64,000 nucleotides of DNA from Priapulus caudatus (taxonomy: Eukaryota): NCBI RefSeq assembly GCF_000485595.1, contig NW_014577086.1:715438-779437 (forward strand), read 5' to 3'. Shown here one piece after another: positions 13,899 through 25,075 of this stretch. The notes under the pieces are model-generated. The model made no database searches. It was not told the origin of the DNA and was given only the letters and a program-made list of their open reading frames with translations. Position 1 is the stretch's first letter. Every line of letters begins with the position of its first letter. Both the position numbers and the translations under genes were made by a program.

Positions 13899-13994
13899 CA
13901 GGGTCGTAGGCTGAGCAAATTCTTAGGGGGGACAAATTTCCCCTTGCCCCCCCCCTCCCCACCACCACACCCCACCCCAGAAGCTACGGCTCTG
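13899..13994. mobile_element. 96-bp CAGGGCCGTAG-family MITE
   Basis: Ends CAGGGTCGTAG and CTACGGCTCTG. TSD CTATG at 13894-13898 and 13995-13999. Confidence 0.85.
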
Positions 13995-14202
13995 CTATGT
14001 ATATCCTTATGTTGATAGACTGCAACCGCTGATCTTTTTTGGAACTGGAAACCCCCCGTGAGAACGGACATACTAGCCAGCAGGTATGCTAGTTAAGAGT
14101 TAGTTTTTCCTTCCCACGGTTATCAAAATCGTTTATTCAGCCAGATACCTTAGCGTGCTTATTGCGCCCGTATAGTTGGATTAGTCTGTGATTACAAAGA
14201 AG

Positions 14203-14239
<37 letters not shown>

Positions 14240-14719
14240 GAGTGGATAGGCCGGTTTTCTGACGCGGTAATCTTCGCCAGGGTGAGCATCAAGCCCACGC
14301 CACCGATCTCAGTCTATAGCCCGTGTGTCGGACACCAACATAGGCTTATCCATATTTGTTAAATAATGACGATAAATAGGCCTTAATACGGGCGATAATT
14401 TTAGCAGTGGGGTGATGTCAGAAAAGATGAAGAGCCGAATTTAGCCATCTAGCGGACAAAAGCTGTAACTTTGCTAGTACCAGGTTAAACCATAGGTTAA
14501 ACTATGCCAAATTTATACATTTTTTTATATTATGCACTCAGTTGTCAGTTGAGTCTCAAAAGCAGCACAACACACACTTTTAGCGGTTTATTTTCATTCA
14601 TTTGTATTTTTAAAAGTGTAATTTGTCTGTGTATACATTCGGATATAATGTATAACATGGTGTAAGAGCGGCCATGAGGCGCGATGATAGATAGAGCGCC
14701 GCAGTGAAGCGTGAACGCA

Positions 14720-15155
14720 TGAACACCGCGCGCACCGCGCGCCCGGCGATGCGGCGGTCCGGCGTTGCGGCGGTGATTAACACCGCGCGCCCGGCGGTCC
14801 GGCGGTGCGGCGGTGATTAACACCGTGCGCCCGGCGGTGCGGCGGTGATACACACCGCGCGCCCGACGTGGTGCGGCGGTGCGGCGGTGATACACACCGC
14901 GCGCCGTCGGCGGTCCGGCGGTGCGGCGGTGCGGCGGTGATACACACGCGCGGCACCGGCGGTCGGCGGTCCGCGGTGAGGCGGTGATACACACCGCGCG
15001 CCCGGCGGCCCGGCGGTACCGGCGGCCCGGCGGTACGGGCCCGGCGGCCCGGCGGTGCGGCGGGGGGGGGGCGGTGCGGCAGTGCGCGCGCGCGCGGCCC
15101 GGCGGTGCGGCGGTGCGGCGGCGCGGCAGTGCGGCGGCGCGGCAGTGATTCACAC
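14720..15155. repeat. GC-rich degenerate tandem repeat (GCGGCGGTGATACACACCGCGCGCCCGGCGGT-like)
   Basis: Recurring GCGGTGAT(AC/TA)ACACCGCGCG motif. Confidence 0.85.
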
Positions 15156-15214
15156 CCGCGCAGTGCGAGCATGTTAGTGTACAGCGCGAGCGATGTTTAG
15201 CGTAGCAATTGTAT

Positions 15215-15253
15215 CAAGAGCTAATGATACCTCTTAGGTATTATCAGCTCTTG
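15215..15253. mobile_element. 39-bp palindromic mini-element
   Basis: CAAGAGCTAATGATACCT / AGGTATTATCAGCTCTTG. Flanks AATTGTAT and ATTTGCAT match at 6 of 8 positions. Confidence 0.65.
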
Positions 15254-16073
15254 ATTTGCATGCATGTACATTACATTAGGAAGTTATATTTAGCAGGGAG
15301 AGATGTTGACGGTAGGACGAGCTAGCGGTTGTGAAGAGAGTAAGCAGGAAATAAAGGGGCGTGTCAACAGAGAGGGGTGGAGTTGTCCATTATCACCATT
15401 GGCTACCTCAATTATCGTGTTACCTATCATGCTAAAAGCTGGGGCACACACATGCACACACACACACACGCACGCACACACGCGCGCGCGCGTGCACGCA
15501 CAAACATGCCTGCACACACACACCTTGCTCGGACGCTCTATGTATGCTAAGGCTTGGTAGCGCGAGATGGGGAGAGAGAGGGAGAGTGAGGGGGAAGCGC
15601 GCGTAGTTAGCAAAGGGAACCGCAGGTGTTGGCCGTTTGAGAACGTCGGGTGTCCTGGGATTCGGTGTGTGTACACGTAGCCTCGAGGTGATCAACACGT
15701 ACGTAGGACTTTTGCGGACCCAAATTGATGCATCGCAGCCGGTAATTGGGCTAATAAAATTTGTCTACTGAATGATCAACCTAGTTTGTTACCTGTCCCG
15801 GAAGGCCGTTGTATACATGAAAGAATGAGTGAGTAGTGGAACAGCGGTGATGTATTGCTTGTAATTTGCGTACCTCTCATTCGGATTTAAAAAAGGTAGT
15901 GATGCTCGAGAATAATTTTATAATATTAACGGTCTTCGGCTTTCAACATCATTGGATTGCTCGGCTTATCAAAGCGACGAATTTTCGCTAAATAGGATTC
16001 GCGTGACAGACGATTCGAGTGGATTAGGATAAAAAATAACGAGGAAGGAAAGAAGGGAGGCATCGGCGACGGT

Positions 16074-16133
16074 TAACTAACGTAACTAACTAACTAACTA
16101 ACTACCTAACTAACTAACTAACTAGCTAACTAG

Positions 16134-16194
<61 letters not shown>

Positions 16195-16195
16195 C

Positions 16196-16226
<31 letters not shown>

Positions 16227-16237
16227 GTTAACTAACT
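16074..16237. repeat. (AACT)n microsatellite
   Basis: Direct reading. Confidence 0.97.
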
Positions 16238-16689
16238 CGGTAGAAGATTAGATCAAAGGTTTGTACGAGAGAACGAGTTTGCCAGCCCGATTATACTATG
16301 TCACTGAGGTTTAATTAGCATGCAACCAAGTGTTTATCCGTGCGTTTTATATAGAAGCTGCAGACGAAACGTGTTTTTGCATGAGCTGGGTTAGTAACTG
16401 AGTTGAAAATTTCTCGGTGAGCTATAATTTTACAATTTTAAAGATTTGTGGTTTCAAACCCAACGGTCACGGAAATCTCTAGTGAAATTGGACCGGGGTG
16501 TAAATGCTCAGCGCAGCCGAGACCCTGGACGCTGAGGCGCGTCGTGCTGAAACGTGAGTCGCTATAGGCAGCACAGTCTACATCAATATGATAAAATCAG
16601 CAGCGTCATAATAAAGACTATTGTCTATAATAATAATATAATAATGATAATAATAATAATAATAATGATGATGATAATAATAATAATAT

Positions 16690-17031
16690 TCAACATCGGA
16701 GATACTACCATAATGTGGGATATGGCAGTGCAGACAGATCGCACGATACCTGCAAACCGCCCTGATATAGTGCTCCACAACAGGAAAGAAAAATAATGAT
16801 CCTAATATCATGGTGAAGGAAAGAGACAAACTCACCAAGTACAACAATTTGGAGATCGAAATTAGGAGGATGTGGAATACTAAGACGAGAATTGTACCAG
16901 TGGTGGTTGGAGTTCTTGGCTCTATAAAGAATGGGTTTGAGAAGAACTTTAACGAACTCCCTGGCCACCATACTGCCCAAAAAGTGCAGAAAATCGCACT
17001 ACTGGGAACAGCACACATCCTGCGAAAATAG
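16690..17031 (+). mobile_element. R4/Dong-like non-LTR retrotransposon fragment (restriction-like endonuclease C-terminus), frameshifted
   Basis: IMWDMAVQTDRTIPANRPDIV, then in a shifted frame KLTKYNNLEIEIRRMW...IVPVVVGVLG...VQKIALLGTAHILRK. Preceded by a (TAA/TGA)n tract at 16628-16687. Confidence 0.88.
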
Positions 17032-18471
17032 CTATATATAAATATATACTAAATATAATATAGTATATATTATGACGCTCCCGATATAATCCTCGTGGTT
17101 ATAACCCGATATGTATATCGCCTCTGTACCACATATTTGTGAACGTATACAAAATAATCCGGACCCATAGTGACCCATAGTAACAGTTATTGTTGAGATG
17201 CTCGAGAATAACCCTGCCGCGTTGCGTGCGTGTGCGTGTGCGTGTGTGTGCGCGCGCGCTTATCTCTGTGTTCATGTGCGTGCGCGTGCGTGCGTGCTGT
17301 CGCCCTTCGGACTGTGTGGCTTTCGACAACATCGTTACTGTACTTACAGTAGGACGCTTAATTCTACCTAAAGTCATTAATTGCAACGTTTGCGGGAGCT
17401 AGTAGGTTTGTAAGCCGGAACTATTCTCTATACTTATTGGATTTTAGATGTCTCCGGGATTCTCAGTTTGTATTTAAATTTCATTTACTTAATGCCGTTT
17501 CATGCAATCCATTTCGCAATTCTTGCCGTTTACAACTTTCCATTTCGTTAGCTAGTTGCTCACTTGTCTTTGGTAGATATACCGACTATCATCGCTAAAC
17601 ACTCAATTATTATTCCATCAATTTTAATAGCATTGCCGATTAAATCGCGTTCTCATCTCAGAAACGAAATGAATTCACTGTAATCTATACCCTGAATCTT
17701 CGTAGAGAGGATTAGGATGTTGGAATTAAAATCGCAAGTTTTCACGGATTCTATCCTTTCTCTGTATAAGATGAATTCGAATTAGATGAATGAACGAAAG
17801 GATGGATGTGTGGGTGGACAGACGGACGGATGGATGGATGGATGCGTAAATTATTTCCTTGTGCACCCCCATAGTTAATTAGGGTATATTGCCCTGTTAA
17901 TTCATGCCCAGTCTCACTTATGTTACGTTTCCTTGTGTTAAATCTTGCAAGGATAGTTTTATATGAGGGGAAAGACAATCCATCAAAGGATAAAAAAAGA
18001 CAAGTTAGAAGCAACGTACACAAGGAAAAATTCAGCTGTGAGCAAACAGTAATTGTCGAACAACAACATAGCAGCAAAGGTGTCGCCTCGCCCTGTCTCG
18101 TCGTTAAGCACGATGAGCCCGCGGTTGTGATCAGCCTCAGTTGGTTGTCGATACTTGACTGCCAGAGGACGAATTGTCAAATGCTTCGGCACCAATAGTC
18201 CTACACATGCCACATCGGCTCTTACGCCAGTGATTTGATGGTTTGCACATCCTTCTAGGCAAATCAGATTTTTGAAATGAGACTCTCTTTGTTTTAACGT
18301 TCTTATTTCTATTCTGATCATTCGCTTCAATCATGCATCGCCATCCGACACTCGCGCTTTGTACGCGTATAGTTGGCAAGGCCAACCAATCCCATTAGCG
18401 ATCATAGTTAGCGAGCGCTCTTCAGCAGGGCGGAAGGCTATCGTTTGCTAGCGGCGACGATGTCGATATTA

Positions 18472-18506
18472 CAGAAGTAGAGAGTAGTCCCTATTATCTA
18501 CTTCTG
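18472..18506. mobile_element. 35-bp palindromic mini-element
   Basis: CAGAAGTAGA...TCTACTTCTG flanked by ATATTA direct repeats (GATATTAC if the ends are shifted by 1 nt). Confidence 0.55.
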
Positions 18507-18767
18507 ATATTACTTAATTAATCACTCGCGGCTTTTTAACAGTCGCTTAAACGCACCACTAATCTGGCGTCACTTCAAAGTAGATGCCGTTTTGAATGAT
18601 CAATTTAAGACAGGTTCAGGGTTAGGGCAGGGTTGGCAGTTGATATGTTAAGATCGCAACGTAGTGTTGAAGTTGCTTGTACGGCCGTGACAAGACAGCT
18701 TTCTCTCCGATGGATCTCTTATCTTTCCCGCTACTGGATAAGGTTACAGTTTGACTGTCCACAGTGA

Positions 18768-18821
18768 ACTCTCCTTCTCTCTTTCTCTCTCTCTCTCCCT
18801 CTCTCTTTTTCTTTCTCTCTA

Positions 18822-18857
<36 letters not shown>

Positions 18858-19003
18858 GATCTCTCTCTCTCTTTCTCTACCCTCCCCTCGCGCGCTCTCG
18901 CTCTCCTCTGCTCTTCTGCTCTCGTCGCTCGTCTCGCTCTCCTCGCTCGGCGCTCTCTCTCTCTCTTTTGTTTCTCGCTCTCTCCTTTCCTCTCCTCCCT
19001 AAG

Positions 19004-19036
<33 letters not shown>

Positions 19037-19060
19037 CTCTCTCTCTCCTTTTCCGCACTG
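18768..19060. repeat. (CT)n-rich tract
   Basis: Direct reading. Confidence 0.9.
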
Positions 19061-20611
19061 TCTCTTATCGCTGTTTTTCCTCTTCTCATATTTCTGCGCT
19101 CACACTTATCCACAATACTCTCCTTCTCCCCATCTTATCCCTCTGTCTGAATCTGTGCTTCCCTTTCTCTTCCCCCTCTCTCTGTTGCACTCACTCCCTC
19201 TTCTTTTTTTGCACGTAGAATACGTAAATGTTATGTTTATCAATGATCACTGTCTGTTGGCACGCCCGTCGACTCGCCTTAGATGATTGCTTCAATTCGG
19301 GCTTGTCACTGTTGGGAGTGTTGGTGAGTGTCTATCTGGCTTTTCCAGAAATCACTAGCACGCTGGTTCCTTCATCTCGTCAACGAGAGGCAGCCTAACT
19401 GCCCAGGTTCTGCTTTTCAATGTGGCTATTAAGAATTATATTTTTATCTATGGTGTGCGGTGTTTTGAACCGTAAATTTTGCCGAGTCTTGTGGCTTCGG
19501 GATTAATCTCAGCCCAAGTAAACTTGTCTCTCTCTCTCTCTCTCTCCCTAGCTCACTCTCTCCCCCTATAATCAAAGCCATGTGTTTTGTGCATGCATTG
19601 CTGACGCAAGACACTGCGTCAGGTCCCGTTTACAACCTGTCACAGCATCGGCAGGTTCAGCACAGTCGCTCGTAGGTGTACTCTTGGAATAGCATTTGCG
19701 TTGTTGCAAACGGACCGCGGTGCAATAATGAGCATGCATGCGGGAAGCCACTATACATGTATCGCGCACCGCCACAAAAGCTGTTAGCTGGCTTTGCTGT
19801 GTCTAACGAAGATGGCTAGAATATGATTGTATTCCACGTCAACAACTCTTTGCCTGCAGCGAACGTTCCTAATTGTACGATTCCAATCGATTGCTCCAAG
19901 GAAATTTTCCCTTTCCGGACAAATATAATTATAAATGAGGGTGTCTAATACTCGGGATATCATGGTGCACAAGTGACGAGGAACTACTTATCTGTACACG
20001 CTGTCTACGCCGTACCATTTCTGATGTTCAATCACACTCTTTTTAGCAAACATTTAGCATCCATGGTTTCACGTCACCTCGGTTAATTTTTAAATGTGGG
20101 TTGTTGTTTATTTGATAGTGAGCATATACGCAACAACGTATTCATTAGTATTGTGTAATTTATCCAAACGATTGGGCTTACTATGCCGTTAAAACACTAT
20201 ACTGGCCCTATGCTGCAGCTGCAAATGTGGTTCAAACTTGTTTGAGAGATGTTTTAACATATTTTCTTTCTGTGCTAAAAAAAAAACTATATATGAATTT
20301 GATTAAAATGCAGACTAAACTTTGGAGTAAGGCTATGAACATTTAGTCAGAAAATACATTTTGTTACGCGCATCACCGCATGAAACAAATTATCCGAAAT
20401 GTGCAAATTCTGCCTGATTATGCCAAATTCTGCATGTGACTAAAATCGCAGCCAGGTTGGCGGACACTCGACTGTGAATTAAAACATGCGCTCATTATTT
20501 AAGCGCGCGTACAGCAGCAGTGTGCTGCTGACTGATGCATGCAGTTCAGTACTGCGCGGCCTGACTATACCCTGCTGATTTCTTCTAGTCGCACATTCAC
20601 TTTCTATGCAG

Positions 20612-20709
20612 ATGTTTGAGTGTATTTGCGTAAGCGTGCTATCAGCGCTGGCGTTATACTTCAGTCACGTGGCGTGTGCCTGCTCAATGAAACGCTATGC
20701 GATAAACAG
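20612..20709 (+). CDS. Candidate exon encoding a signal-peptide-like N-terminus
   Basis: Acceptor TTCACTTTCTATGCAG and donor CAG|GTGAGA. The only open frame reads MFECICVSVLSALALYFSHVACACSMKRYAIN and ends in phase 2. No homology support. Confidence 0.3.
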
Positions 20710-21948
20710 GTGAGACACCTTCGTTCACATCACAGAGTTTGTAGGACACTGCTTGACATCAGCTTAGATTACTCATATTAACAAGAGCTAATAATACATT
20801 AATAACTGATACTTATAGATTCCATGCGGTAACAGCTGCAGGATATAGATAGACGACCGAATGTATTCAACGTGGGAAATTAACCATTGCGAGATGGAAG
20901 CCCTGGAGGACTCATTAGCAACTCCTAGTAATGGAGTAGGGCGGGTTAACTGTTACTTGAGAGGGTGTGAGGGCCAGTGAGGCACGTCAGTGATTATTAT
21001 TCCTTGTTTATTACCTTGTTGTCGCTTCTATTTCTCTAGCGAACTACATCTCTATGTTACGGAATAGAACTCTGTGGTTTTGCTACGATACAATACGTCG
21101 AATGCTCTGGCTGTTTCAGTCGTAGCTATGTTTAGCTATGTACAGTAGGTATAATGGATTAATATATGAATTCATAAATGACATATATATATATATGTGT
21201 GTGGTAATATAATAGCATATAGCAATATTAATATAAAATAATATGGATAGATAATGAATAAATATATCCAGATATAGGCCTACATTACATACAGACAATA
21301 CATTCACCAGTTACTTTTCATGTAATCTACTTAATGGGGGCTTGTTGTACTTTTATGAAAGTAATTAATAGAGAAAATGTCCAATTCCTTGTTTTTCTTT
21401 CTGATCCACTTGCGGGAAATGTGCATGCATGCAGTGAATAAATATAAGATGGTTTCGACTGCAAAATGTATACAGTCACGCTTTCCGCGATCACGGCCAT
21501 GCGCGAACCAGAAAATAATCGGCGGCACTTTCGATATTTTCGTCATGCACATGATAGGTGTATTATTAGGTGTGTTATAGGTTATATTTATAGGTGTATT
21601 ATAGGTATATCTCTATTCGGCGTATAGGAGGAGCGACGTAGTGCCTTGCAGAACACGAATCTCGGTTGTATCTTACATGTGTTAAATAAGTAATCTAGAA
21701 AGATAAATTTACAGTCTCCTCTCTTTCGCTCGATACCACTTGCCGAGTCTTTTTGAATAGAGAAGTATTGTGTCCGTTCAACGATTCATGAAAAGTGTCT
21801 CGCCCTCCTCTGATAAATCGGCCGTAATCGCGAATATGTTTGAGAACTGATTTTTAACTCTGATTGTATCATGAGTTCATCAATATTCATAGACTCCTGA
21901 TTCTTTCGCCCTATTCATGCAAAAATTATATGAAGTCAATACGACGTG

Positions 21949-22135
21949 CAGGGCCTTAGGCTGAGCAAATTCTTAGGGGTAAATTTCATGAGTCAACTGT
22001 GTTATGATGAGCGACGGGCGCAGCTCTTGATCGACGTCCATAATGTGGTAGGGGTGGTTCTGAGATGTGGAGAGACGGACAAGTGACCAAAAAATTACGT
22101 TATGGTTATTTACGATTATTAGCTAAGCTAATTTT
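21949..22135. mobile_element. Truncated CAGGGCCGTAG-family MITE
   Basis: CAGGGCCTTAGGCTGAGCAAATT start, with internal similarity to 44549-44750. No right TIR. Confidence 0.8.
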
Positions 22136-22627
22136 CCTAAGCTTCTGTCCTATGGCTAGATGCAGCATGTCAATGCGATATGCGTGGGCGGTACTAGAAG
22201 TCTCTAATCCCCTTGTCACGAATAGAATAGAATATAATCGTATAGAATCAGTATCTAATAGTATCGTGGCACCCTTAACAGAAGAAACTTGCCAAGAAGC
22301 ATATATGCAGAATTAACTAATCCATCAATTCTGGGTCCCGTAATAAATACTGTTTTTGTAATAACGATGCATGACCTATATTCCTATACGATGCAGCATT
22401 CTTTCCCAACAGTGCGCAACATTTGTTAGCATATGTTGACAACAAGTGAGTGATAACACTTACAATGATCACAATTCACACGCACAGGTCACATGACCAC
22501 AAGTTTCTACATTTGGCACAAATAATTAATAATGATTAATGTTAAAATAGTTCATGTGTAGTAGGATTGACAACAAAACCACTTATCGACCCGCTTCTGT
22601 GGGCTGCTCTCCCTCCCTTCCTCACCC

Positions 22628-22664
<37 letters not shown>

Positions 22665-23184
22665 CATACTTCCTTGCGGGCTAATTGCCCCCAAAATCTT
22701 ACCGTAAATCTACATTGTCAAGTCGGTTAAGTATTCATGTATATACTTCCCTGTGAACAACGTCGTAATCACGCCGCGCCTGCATGGACGGAAACCGGAT
22801 GACGCGTGCGCTTAAACGCATGACAGGAATATAAAGAATCGTTTGTGTGCGTTAAGTGGCAAAGATGGAATAGCATCCGTGAATGATTACGATAAAGTGA
22901 TAGACTAAGGAACTGTTGAGTAGGATTAATAAGTATTAACGCAGTGTAACCGTGCGTGTAAACGACGCGCAATATCGTAAGTAACAACTGACTTTGTCTG
23001 TATATTGCTAAGTTATAATAGGATAGAGTGGTGAACTAATCAATTGGGTATAACATGGAGTAAGCTAACATTGTGAAATTGTAGCGAAATGGAGAGGGCA
23101 GAGGACGCGTACTAATAGCCTCTTACCAATGATATTAACTATGGTGGCAACAAGAAAAAGAAGCGGTAGAGACTGAAGAGAAGA

Positions 23185-23476
23185 AGAGAATGATCATGAT
23201 GAAGAACAAGAAGACGAAAATGATAATGATGAAGAAGAAGAAGGAGAAGAAGAGAAAGAAGAAGAAGAAGAAGAAGAAGAAGAAGAAGAAGAAGAATCGG
23301 ATAAAGAAAACGAAGAACAGAACAGTAAAAAAAACACTAACACTAACAATGACAATGACAATGGCAATGGCAATGACAATGGCAATGGTAATGACAATGA
23401 CGATGACGAGGACGAGGACGATGACGATGCCAATGACAATAACAATATCAATAACTATAACAATAACAATAACAGT
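23185..23476. repeat. Compound (GAA)n / (ATGACA)n / (ACAATA)n simple repeat
   Basis: Direct reading. Confidence 0.9.
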
Positions 23477-23536
23477 TTAATAACATGCAGGGACGTCTGG
23501 AATTATTCTAGTCAGTAACTAGGAAACAACAGACTA

Positions 23537-23671
23537 GGGGCCGGATTCAAGAAGAAATGCGTACGATCGTATAGGTACACACAACGTGTACGAACACCAC
23601 GGGCACAACTTTTGTTAGCATTCAAGAAACGTGCGTGGGGTATACGTACGCGCATGTTACTGAATCTAGAC
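23537..23671. mobile_element. Harbinger-type terminal / mini-TIR sequence
   Basis: GGGGCCGGATTCAAGAA...GCGTACG is imperfectly inverted to CGTACGCGCATGTTACTGAATC. Lies next to the Harbinger transposase relic. Confidence 0.5.
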
Positions 23672-23909
23672 GAAAGTAGCGTTGGCATATCAAAAATCTA
23701 TAAAAAGTGGGCAGAGCTTACTTTTGGCCAGTGCCAGTAAACCTTAAATTGTGGAGAGCCAACGTCTATAAATTTTATATCATATTGTTTTGAACGTTGT
23801 GAAACCCATATATACATGTTTTTTAGAGTGGAGCTAAATATAAAGTTTCGCTGGGTTATCGTCAAACGTGGTTTACGTAAAACACATCTCAGTGAGATGA
23901 TTTCACATT

Positions 23910-24560
23910 TGCAAAACTTCCTCGTTGCACACTGCGTGTATGTTCATAAAATGAAACGGTTTCCTGTTCATGTACAAATGTTCGTCTACGTGTGGCGGTT
24001 TCATCGCAACGTGTGTGTGGTATGTTGCGTCGGCAACATTGGGAAACCCAGCAATCTGCGTAGAAAAATTAGGAATATCTTTAGAATGTGAATTTATCTA
24101 ACCTCACATAGGTACAACAAACATATAATTATCGGTAATGACCATTATTTAACCTTTAAATCAAACAATATTGAATTCATTTGTTACCCACTGCATCAAA
24201 ATCTTGTTTTGGTTTTGCTCTCCGTTTGTTGGGAAATTGTATCTCCTTCCGTTTGACCTCCGCTATGGCAACAGTTATACGATGAGGCTAGCCCTACTGA
24301 CACCATGTAGTTCTCCGATGATGTGTCTTTGAAAGCCAATTTTCGCAAATAGGGCAATTGCAACAGCCACTTGTGTGGCAGGAGTCACCGCCATGCATCT
24401 GTGTGTTGGATGTTGCAGTAAAGGTGCCAGTTCTTTAACAAAACAATCCATCGTTGCTTTCAGAAAGCCGTATTCATTTATCCGTACATGTTCTGAATCT
24501 TCAAAAGGGTTGATCGTGTCCGTCTTGAAATACTCGGTATCGGTGTAATGCAACTTAATT
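23910..24560 (-). pseudogene. Decayed PIF/Harbinger (HARBI1-like) DDE transposase in two exons
   Basis: Exon 1 (down to 24192): LAPLLQHPTHRCMAVTPATQV...FQ...GELHGVSRAS...IQFP...QDFDA. GT-AG intron at 24191-24056. Exon 2: IAGFPNVADATYHTHVAMKPPHVDEHLYMNRKPFHFMNIHAVCN. Confidence 0.88.
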
Positions 24561-24892
24561 GGTTTTCTGCATTAAAACTAAACTCTGACAATGCCATCTC
24601 GATAATGTTCAGTTCGGCTTTCAGATGCCATTTCATATTATTCGTACGGTACGTCTTTTTTCAGTTAAGCGTAACCAAAGAGAAACTACTAAATAGCCAC
24701 GGTTCCTTGATTCTGGGAAACAAAAGGGAAAAATATCATTTCGTAGCATAAAGGCATCTTCTTTCAGTTCTGGAAAACAATCGGGGAAAATACGATGAAC
24801 ACCACGGTCGCAGCAATTCCTCGTCAAATCATTCTCTGGCATTGCGCATTTAGCAATATCCGTTTCGGAAGCCAGCACAACGGCACCCAATC

Positions 24893-25075
24893 ATGGCAGC
24901 TCCAAAAAGAAACGTACGGAGAGCAATTTTTCTTGCAGAAGAAATGCACATCATAGGCTATGATGCATATTCGTCAATCATACGATACAGGCGACAGTGA
25001 GTTAATCAATTTTATTATGCGTACAATTAGAGATAAAAGTGTGGGAGGAAGTAGCTTGTTTAACTGTAAAAACCG
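24893..25075 (+). pseudogene. Relic of the Harbinger Myb/SANT-like partner gene
   Basis: MAAPKRNVRRAIFLAEEMHII...IKVWEEVA resembles NAIF1-type Myb/SANT N-termini. Divergent orientation to the transposase; disrupted. Confidence 0.55.

Noticed and set aside
14234..14478. Small Helitron from (AT)n to CTAGT
   Set aside because: No 5' TC, no clear 3' hairpin and no second copy in the window.
21037..21086. Pre-miRNA-like hairpin
   Set aside because: Pairing is imperfect and no known mature miRNA was recognised. More likely remnants of palindromic mini-elements.
23190..23480. Poly-Lys / Met-Thr ORF
   Set aside because: Simple-repeat translation.
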